This document shows, in pieces, positions 54,300 to 64,000 of a DNA stretch of 64,000 nt (position 1 is the first letter of the stretch; each line of letters opens with the position of its first letter). The notes beneath the pieces are model-generated. The model was not told where the DNA came from, did not search any database, and was given only the letters and a program-made list of their open reading frames with translations. The stretch is from Ptychomitrium polyphyllum. Its lineage: Eukaryota. The position numbers were made by a program, and so were the translations under genes. The DNA is taken from contig OZ316776.1 in the NCBI GenBank assembly GCA_973851085.1, positions 3,534,001 to 3,598,000 on the forward strand, given 5' to 3'.

Positions 54300-55329
54300 T
54301 GCCCATCGTGCCATCTACCTCCCAGATGCCGCACTTTCCTACCGCCCTCTGCGCCTTTTCCTACCACCCTGTTCCCACTTTCCACACGGCCCTGTTCGCA
54401 CCTTTCCGACCGCCCTGTAGGCAGCTGCCTATCGCCGTCCGTGCTCCCGATTGGGACTCCGCCAAGCTTCCGGCTTTGAGAAGAGCCTAGCTTTGCCTGA
54501 CAACTGGTGGCGTCGCCCTCTCCAAGACGACGCTTGCAGCACCATCGCCATCGAGCATCATTGCTGCTTGAATCACCATGCTGGCTGCGGTCGCCTCTGG
54601 TAGTACGAGCGCAGGCCTCGGCGCATTCGCAACACGTTCTCTGCCAGGCTTTGATTGACCTCATCTTGGACATCGGTTTAGGCAGAGGCTTCCCAGGGGG
54701 GTTTATTCGGGGAGGGCTGCCTCGAAGCTAAGAGTGTTGCACTGTTTTGGATCTGCAAGGTGGGGGTGTTTGTGGAGTGTGGGTGGAGTTGACTTGGTTG
54801 TGAGTGAAGGAGCAGGGAGCGAGTTTGTGTCGGGATGTTGAGGAGTGTGAATGTTTAGTAGCATTACAGTGGTCCCCCTTCACGGTGGGCTTTTCTGGTC
54901 AGCGTCTCAGGAGTACATTTTTGTGTTCTCGTTTTTTGCTATGAGGTGACCGTTTGGGAGGTTTTTTTTTTTTTTTTGGGGTTGTTGGAGTTTGCTGGGT
55001 TTGGATTTTTTATGACTTGTTCTTTTTGCTGTTTTGGGAAGCAGTTTTCGGGGTGAGAAGTTATGTGGTAGTGGGATTGTGTTTGTGAGGATAGTCTAAG
55101 TTGGGAGTTGATGGTGGGCATTGGCGCAGGTTGATGGAGCTCGTAATGATTTGGCGGATTCCAGCCGCGGCCTGTGAATAAAAGCGCTTGGTGGTGGAGT
55201 TTTTAGCAGCTTCGGAGGCTTTTTCAGCCTCGGGAAGCTGTGAAATTTAGGTGAACTTGGAGGGAGTTTTCGTTGCAACCCTCACAAGGAGGAAGATCGA
55301 CTCAGAGGTAGAGGGCGACAGAGTTAGGG

Positions 55330-58300
55330 ATGCCAGGAGCTGAGACAGCCAGGGGTGCCCCTTCGAATGGGGCAACTGCGCCAGAAGCTGATGTCACAAC
55401 TCCACTTGCGAATGAGCCCGAGGGGCACACCGTTCGCCCTCATTATCATCACCATGATCACCATAGCCAGCAGAAGATGCCTCAAGTTGGAATGCATGGA
55501 ATCGGAATTGCTGCTGCCGCCGGAAAGGCTGGAGGTATGTCGCACGATTCTAAGTGTATTGACGTGTTTGAATTTTCATCCTCATCCTCTCCGTGTTGGG
55601 CACCACTCCTTATACTTCGTGTGTTCCGTCGTTGTCTTACGATTTCTAGTGACTCAGGTTGTCAGTGATGTTGATCATTTTGCAAGCCGTGCAATCTGGT
55701 TCATTCCAAGATATTGTAATGAAAAATTGCAGATATATGCGATCATTTGTATTCATTTGTTTAAGCATCAATCATGTGTTAGCACCTAAAGGCCTTAGGG
55801 GTGTGAAAGTTCTTTCTTACTTGTTCAATAGGTCATATTTTGCGCTCATATTGTTTAAGATTGTAGAATATGTACAGTTCATTTTTGCACTCGTGTTGAG
55901 ATGATTTAGGAGAGTGTAAAGGTACGAATTACACTGTCAGTTAACTGTTATGTACGTCAGATAGCTACAGTGTAAGCTTAGTTCCTCGAAAATGTACAGA
56001 AAATTTGGGATCTATTTGGGGTAATTGGTATTTCAAGTCATACTCAAGGCTTGTTTCACTTTGAGTTCCTATCCGTGTTTGGGTTTCCGAAAGTAGAGTA
56101 ATTGGAATTCACCTCAAAAGTTCGTGTTTTAGAGTTCATGATGAATATTATTGCCCTTGTTGGTCATCCAGGGCATAATACATCAGGACGCCATGGAGAA
56201 CCACAGGGGTACCTCGTGGACGGTCATGACATGCAACAGGATACTATGTCCGAACTTGTCAAAGACAAAGTACTCTTACACGGAACCCTAGAGGTGTGGA
56301 TCAAAGAGGCCAGGAATCTCCCCAACATGGACATGTTCTCTGAGAAATTCAGGCAATGTTTCTCGTACCTGACGGTCTGTAAGGCTCCCTTTACGAAGGC
56401 CAAAACTAAGGCTGAAGTTCACGGCCATCGCCCCAAGGGCATCACTAGTGACCCTTATGCTGCTGTTAACTTAGCTGGTGCTCGTGTTGCCAGAACCCGG
56501 GTCATCCCAAACGAGACAAATCCAAATTGGGATGAACATTTTTCCATCCCAGTTGCACATTATGTGAACGAGATTGAGATTACTGTTAAAGACAATGATA
56601 TGCTTGGTGCTCAGCTGATTGGCAATGTGACCATTCCAGTGGAAAGTGTTATTCATGGTCATGAAGTGGAGGGGTGGCATCCTGTTATTGCCACTTCAGG
56701 GAAGGTTGCACATGGTGATGCTGCAATTCTCTTCAAGATGAAGTTCACCCCAGTTGAGAAAAACCCCATTTACTTTGGAGGAGTTCGAGAGCCTGATGCG
56801 CTTCATGGAGTTCCAAACACATACTTTCCTTGTCGCAAAGGGTGTAATGTGACAATGTATCAAGATGCTCATATTATGGACGGCTCTTTACCCGAGATTA
56901 AGTTGGAGGGTGGAGTGCCATATCATCACAGGCAAGCTTGGGAGGAGCTATGCACAGCTATACTAGAAGCGCATCATCTGGTTTACATTGCAGGGTGGTC
57001 TATCTACACTAAGGTTAGATTGTTGCGTGATACTAAACGGGAAATACCGGAAGGTGGGGAATTGACACTTGGGGAACTCTTGAAGAGGAAGTCAGCAGAG
57101 GGAGTTCGGGTGCTCATGCTAGTCTGGGATGACAAAACGTCTCATCAGAACCCTTTCATCAAAACGGTAAACTTGATGATTACGTGTCTTTCAAAATGTA
57201 TCATGTGTAATAGCTGGGAAGAAACTAGACGCAATTGCTTATTTTTTTTTAGTTTATATTAATTTATTTTTGTTATTATAGTTCTGAAAGGAAATTCTGA
57301 CGTTTGGCACGGTTTGACTTCTTATTTGGGCTTCAATGGTCTTTTGCAAGTCATATTAGTATTTGATGTATCAATTTTTGTGGATAAATTTTCTACTTGA
57401 TTATTCAGCTGTGCTTAATGTGTAGCTATGTTCTGAAGGCTGGGTTTAGCTGTTTTTTTTGAGGAGTTAGAGAGTTCCTTTGTGTCCTGCTATGCTTTAA
57501 ATTTTCCAAGTTCATTTGTGTGTTCCTCAATATTATCAACTTCTGTATTCTTGGTTGCTAGAATGGGAACTGCTGATTTTATACCGCGTGTTCACTCCTG
57601 TATACAGGAAGGGGTGATGGGAGTTCACGACGAAGAGACTAAGAATTTTTTTAAGAACAGCGCTGTTCGCTGTGTGCTGGCCCCACGCTATGCTGATACA
57701 AGACTCAGCTGGTTCAGGCAACAGGTCCTCATAACATCTACTTATTTAATTTATTTACTTGTGACCAAATTGTAGGTCAAGGACAGTCTGCAATATTTAT
57801 GATGCACTATGAGTGCGACTAGATCTATGATGCACTTTTATAACAACATTCTCCTGAATTTATTTTTGGTCGTTGTGCTTATCGGCAATTGCTCGTATTG
57901 TTTACTCCCGATTGGACCGAGACTGAAGAGAGACTCCTTATACAAACTTGTTACACGAATTCCGCTGTTGATTCTGACGTACTGTGAGGTTTTGGGATCT
58001 GCAACTTACTACCATATGCCTAAATCCAGGTTGTGGGAACGCTGTACACGCATCACCAAAAGATCACAATTGTTGATTCTCAAGGTCCGGGGAATAAGCG
58101 GAAACTGACATCTTTTATTGGCGGTTTGGATCTTTGCGATGGGCGTTTCGACACCCCAGCTCATTGTCTTTTCAGCACAATACATACGTTCCACAAGAAC
58201 GACTTTCACAACCCTACCTTTACTGTGAGTTTACCCTCGCTTCTGACCACTGGAAATCTTTAAAACTGATCTCATTTTTCTCTGTCTGTCTCCTTTCTTT

Positions 58301-61174
58301 TTCAGCAGCGATCCTTTGATTATATCCTGTTGTTTGGTGCATTTGATATTTACTTTTACTTTACACTAGTTCTTTACGCTCGTGTTACAGGGACAGGCTA
58401 ATGCTGGAGGACCACGGCAACCTTGGCATGACTGGCATTGCAAGATTGACGGTCCTGCAGCATATGACATCCTCACCAATTTTGAACAAAGATGGAGGAA
58501 GGCCACTCGCTGGCACGACGATGAACTCATCCAGATTGAGCGAATCTCTTGGATTTTGGGTCCCAAACAGCCCTTTCCTCCCTCAGGTGACCCCAAATTG
58601 TATGTCACCAAAGACAATGACCCTGATGCTTGGCAAGTCCAGGTGAGCTAGCAGTTACTTGGGTTTCATTTCTGCTCTGAAACTGTTAACGTGAGTTTTA
58701 CAAATCACTCCTGCTCCAGTGTGATACAGTGAAGCATTAACCATTAAATTGCTATGGGATTTGATCTTGTTATCTTTTGTGGTCATACGTAATGGTTGTT
58801 ACCAATCTGACTGTTTTACATTTACCCTAATGTTTTTGCAGGTGTTTCGTTCGATTGACTCTGGATCCGTCAAAGGGTTTCCGAGGAATGTGAAAGAAGC
58901 TGAGGCACAGGTTCGTTTATGCATGTTATGTTTATATTTTCATTGCAGAAACGGTTCTCCGATGTACCATATGCTAGGTTAAGCTGGGTCCTATGAAAGT
59001 GTACCTTCTCTGGAGGCTTTCTTAGATTGACAGGCCCTGTGTTACTCTATGTATTCAGCATCTTGTCTGGGGAAAGAGCATTGCTATAGACATTAGCATA
59101 CAGATGGCCTACATCAAAGCTATCCGGTCGGCTCAGCATTTCATCTACATTGAAAACCAATACTTTATTGGTTCTTCCTACAACTGGCCTGATTACAAGG
59201 ATGCTGGTGAGTTTTTGGCCATATGACAGTTAGATAAGCTCGTTGACAACCGTAATGTGATACCGTGGCCTCTTCTTTCTACTCCAGCCACCCTGCCTAG
59301 TAATGGACGGATTCCTGTGATTGAAGGCGCTTAGCTTACGGAGAGCCCTGCTTGAGCTAGTTATGGACAGTGCTGTACAATTTCTTTGCAGTATTTCCAG
59401 TTTTTTATTTTCTTCTTCCTTAGAACATCATCAAATTACGACAATAATTTTTCTCATTGTGCTGTGTGAGGTATTTACATTTATCTGTGTAATCCCAGGT
59501 GCAAACCAACTGATACCAATGGAACTAGCACTGAAGGTGGCATCCAAGATCAGGGAAGGTCAGCGATTTGCCGTGTATGTTATCCTCCCAATGTGGCCCG
59601 AAGGTATTCCAGATAGTGCCGCCATGCAAGAAATTCTCTTCTTTCAGGTGACTCTACCTTTTCGAATTAACTTTATATTAAATGTCGTTAATATCACCAG
59701 AGCTTCAATGACGGGGTTAGTGCGCGTAATTGATAAAGCACCTTAGCCTTTGATGCTGCCGTACTCATTAAGTATATTTTTAGTGACGCCGTTAGGAGGG
59801 ACTATATCATACAAGCTTTGATTGCTCGGTCGAAAGATGAGTCTCACGTCTACTTGTGCTCTTGTAACGCAGACACAAACCATGAAAATGATGTATGGTG
59901 TCATCGCTGATGCGTTGAAGGACGTGGACAAGCTTGGTGAACGTCACCCTCGAGACTATCTGAACTTCTACTGTCTCGGCAACCGGGAGACAATGACTGA
60001 TTATGAGAGGAAGAATCCCGCTCCTAATCCTCCACCTCCAGATTCAAAGCATGTAAGTGAATCCTCTCACTTTACTTATACAGTTATATGTTATCAAAAT
60101 GAAATGCCTTCTAGCCAACGTTATAACCACCATCAACTTAAGATCTTGTATGACTACTTTATTATGTTTTTGATTCCATCATGTCCTTCTGATGCCAAGA
60201 GTTTATTTAATATTTTGTTTGAATTATGACATGCAGGGTGCTGCTCAGAAATATAGGCGGTTCATGATCTATGTTCATGCCAAGGGGATGGTTGTTGATG
60301 ACGAGTATATCATTTGTGGGTCAGCCAATATCAACCAACGGTCTATGGACGGATCTCGTGACACTGAGATTGCAATGGGAGGGTTCCAGCCCCATTATAC
60401 CTGGTCTGGAAAGCGAGGACACCCACTTGGCCAGGTTAATAATTATCCCTCTTGCTCTCCTACTATACCAGATGCTGCATCTGGTGCTTTCTGAGTTTTT
60501 GTATTGGTCCTCAGTTCCTCTTGTTTTATTGTATTTGGGGGAGTAGAAGAGAAAATCGATTAGGTATATACGCCAAACTAGAGATACTGTGTGTTCTGAA
60601 ATGGATATTATTACTAGTGATATTCATTTCAGGTGCATTGGGTTTTGTTTCAACGTAGCTCGGTTTCTGGTTTTCAATAGAACCTCCAGTTTTGGTATTA
60701 CTAGGTTGTTCAATTTCTGCAATTTTCTCTAAATTTAGCTTTTTAAGGTTTATCTATAGTACTGCTGAATACTGGAAGTTCTGAACTTTGTAACACTAAA
60801 ATGAAATACCATTTGGTTACTCACTGAAATCATCATGTATTGTGGACTGAGTTCATTTGATCGGTGTTGTGTTGCAGATCTATGGATACCGAATGTCCCT
60901 ATGGGCTGAGCATTTGGGTCTTGTTCAACCACTTTTTACTGAAGCTGGGAGCCTCGAGTGTGTACAAGAAGTGAACCGAATGGCGCAAGCCAACTGGGAT
61001 CAGTACACTGCAGAAGAAGTCACTGATATGAAGGGACATCTATTGCCGTATCCCATCAGCATAAATCATGATGGAACTGTTGGACCTCTACCCGATTTTG
61101 AAACGTTTCCAGATGTTGGTGGCAACATTTTGGGAACAAATCAAGTGAACTTACCTGATAGTTTAACAACTTAA
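55330..61174 (+). CDS. PLD: C2-domain phospholipase D (delta/beta/gamma-type), about 934 aa
   Basis: 11 GT-AG exons: 55330-55534, 56172-57166, 57608-57724, 58030-58224, 58391-58642, 58842-58910, 59059-59206, 59499-59647, 59873-60052, 60237-60434, 60878-61174 (2805 nt). C2 domain (LPNMD, TSDPY, VKDND), two HKD motifs ([16 protein letters not shown]), [32 protein letters not shown]-terminal LPDSLTT. Exon 1 is less certain than the rest. Confidence 0.96.
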
Positions 61175-61697
61175 ACGGTGAGGAAGCACTGTTGCTGTCT
61201 AGCTCTATGCATTCCGATGAGATTCTTCTGGCTTGCAAGTAAAGCATTTGGGAGAAAGAAATATCTGCAGAAGTCGCCCTGCTTTCTGTTTAATAGCAAG
61301 GCTTGTATTTTACAGATTTGCTTTGCACTCATTATCATGTTATATTAGGAATGGCTCCTGGTTCTAGTGTGTTTGCTGGTTAGTAGCAAGCGCTTTAATG
61401 TAGACAGTGGCGTTGTAGGTGGATAAAGCTCACACTTGATCAGGTTTCGAGTGGATGTAAAGTTATCAGGTACCGTATTCAACTTTTCCATAGAGAAGTA
61501 CGAGATCTTTGCACATTTATTAGGATGAGAGGATGTTAGTACGTCTTTGACCTTTAAAAAACAGATTTTTGAGGAGCTACATGTCAAATGGTTCTCTGGG
61601 GCCACCATCTTACATGATTCACACATTTGTATAGCTTTCTTAAAACAGGCAAGGTGAAGGTGAAGTTACTCTGGCTTACATTATCTGGAGTTTAAAG

Positions 61698-63740
61698 TTA
61701 TACTAGATCTGCTCGTATCCTACTATGTATAGAATTATCAAACAATGCCTTGGTTACTGAAATTAAATGTATCGCAGCTGAAGTTAATATGGCCACTTCA
61801 GTACCATCACAAGAGAAAGCTACACCATACACAGCTGTCCATATCCAGTTTCCATTACTTAGAAGAAAACCAACAAGCACTAAAATATGTTACTTTATCT
61901 ATACTTTTCAAAGTATCACATATTCGCGTGTGACCATATATTGCAGAAACTAAGTTTATTGAAGTAAGAGTCACCAATTCAAATAGAACAAGGTAGAGGT
62001 GAACCTTTATCACCAGTAGAGATTCGTCCTATAACCTGCTTTTTGCAGGTACAAATCAAAATTATCACTGTTAGGGTAAAATTGATCTACGTCTTCAATC
62101 AATCCTTCTACACTGTATTAAGTTGGTATAGATGTAACAAGATTGGTCAATAAAGAAAGACAAGGGTGAACTCACGTTTCGGGAATTGGCGTTAAATAAA
62201 CAAGCTTCGTTTGTGCCACTCCCTCCAGCAGCAATCAAGTGTTGGGACATCCCCGTTCCATAGGTAGCACCATACAAACGGCAAGGCTACTCATTTGTAT
62301 CACACAAATTGTAAATTCTCTCTTCATCATCAATATCGATTAAACTCAACGACTATATAATCGTTTTGCCCAAGTAAAAACAACAGTTCACAATTCATCA
62401 CAGCTCAGTAGCAGGAAACGATCTCCTCTACACAACTTCAGAATATTTGAGATCTGATCACAGAGACTATCAAAAACCAATTCACCTAATTGTAGGAACC
62501 AATTCGTGAACAAGCTCATCATGTACCTCCTCATCTCCATTTCCTGGTGGCCAGTGGATGTTTTCAACAAGCTTTCCGCTGCCATAGTCCCATTCCTTAG
62601 TAGATGCAACAACAGAACATAAGCATATATATACAGTCCTTTGTTGATACCTTTGCAATGAAATGACAACCTTCTGATTCAATGGCAGAAATGAAACATC
62701 ATCTTGTTTTAGACCTCAGCCTGTATCAATTGGCTAACATGGCATCATCTCTTTCTTAAATGAAAAACTGGGGATCTTTTTATACCTGAAGTTGGTCAGT
62801 ACGCCTCCATGATCCAGTCAAGACACGATTATTCACTTCCCTGAAGTCAAGCGCATCACCATAAATTTGCACTCCATAAATGCTTCGAACAGAAATCCCA
62901 GTTCTTGCATCCCATATCTAGTTGTACCAAACACACTGGGAAGGATTATAAGTCAGCTTCACATAAGATAGAACATGTCACAATTCGTGAAAGAAGGATT
63001 TTAAAGGCAACTGTTTGAAATGATTTTACTGTAAACAACACAATATCAAAATTGGCTCACCTGTATGGTGTTATCCCAGCCTCCACTCAAAGTGATGTTG
63101 ATATCCGATGGATGCCATTTCACAGCAAAAACCCGATTGCTGTGTCCTGCGGTGGTTACACCATTCCTACAAAATCATCAACAACCATGCGAAACTTGGT
63201 TCTTTCGTAAATGAGTTACTTGTGCCCATAATTTTAAACCAACATGCTAAAATTTCTATAAATCTTTTCTGGACACTGGAACTGACGTTGTGAGGTTTTC
63301 GATTACAAGTTTGTATTGAAGGAAATTAATTGGTGTGAATGTGTCAGTAGCAGTGGAAACCATTGTTTTTTGTAAAATCACGAGTATTAGATATCAAGAT
63401 TTCATACATGTTTACCCTTTATCAAAAGTTTGAATAGGTAGTCTCGTTATTCCGTCGTATATCCTCACCTGTCTGACGGACTTGTGCATGTCAATGCTGA
63501 ACAGTCTAAAACTTCTACATTATATACTAGTATTTTTCAAGCACTATAAAATGCAATTAACTTCAAAGTGGGAACACAACCAAGTAGAAGATCCCTGCAC
63601 CTTAAAATCGTAACCAGAGGTGGCAAACTTTTGGCCAGTAGGGTGATGGTCAACAGTAAAAATTTCATTGCCTGGCTCTGAACTCAGTGCTAGATGCTTC
63701 TCCGAGGTAGCATGCCAGTGATGAATCTGTCCAGTGACGT
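61698..63740 (-). CDS. WD40-repeat protein, 3' part; 5' exons unresolved or outside the window
   Basis: Exons ~63740-63601, ~63468-63416, ~63166-63061, 62917-62786, 62595-62527, 62286-62176, 62035-62005, 61834-61698 join in frame. Peptides include GQIHHWH, FATSGYDFKVRIYD, GHSNRVFAVKWHP..LSGGWDNTIQIWD, YGDALD..VLTGSWRRTDQLQEWD, IAAGGSGTNEA, AVYGVAFS...DLV*. Confidence 0.85.
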
Positions 63741-64000
63741 CTTCCATGCCAGACAACCAACACGATTGAGGGGCATTGTAACATGTGAATAATGTTCACA
63801 GACTTTGTGTCGTAGCGTGTAGAAGTAGTGTGAGGATCACAAAACAGCTTGCTACAATGTATACCTTAGTCGAATTTCTTCACCGAATCTGTATGCACAG
63901 TTACACAAATTTACATTTCAAGTGGGTTGAGAGAATGAGGTGGCTGTACCACATGAAACCAACACGTTCTCTGTGACTTTAGCGAATTTTGCAGGACGAA

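Noticed and set aside
54143..54731. 176-aa - strand ORF and overlapping + strand ORFs
   Set aside because: They lie in the GC-rich promoter/5' UTR block of PLD and have no domain features.

Overview
Eukaryotic, intron-rich land-plant nuclear DNA. A bryophyte/moss origin is inferred from the protein style, not established. Gene models were rebuilt by hand from splice sites and ORF fragments. In order, the window holds: (1) the 5' part of a GT106/O-fucosyltransferase-family gene, FRIABLE1-like (- strand, runs off the left end); (2-3) a head-to-head pair of 8-exon ferric reduction oxidase (FRO) genes with identical intron phases, one with three GTAC copper-response cores just upstream; (4) an orphan coiled-coil gene; (5) DPH3/KTI11, whose intron 2 carries an antisense, internally deleted nad7 fragment (NUMT); (6) an intronless orphan ORF with an acidic 12-aa repeat, a basic NLS-like patch and a ubiquitin-interacting motif, possibly TE-derived; (7) a 17-exon LETM1-like gene that needs a GC-AG first intron; (8) an L-type lectin receptor kinase pseudogene; (9) an 11-exon C2-type phospholipase D; (10) the 3' part of a WD40-repeat gene (- strand). 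Long AT-rich, probably TE-decayed spacers lie between genes. No tRNA, rRNA, CRISPR array or intact transposon was recognised. All family assignments come from recalled motifs, not from database searches.
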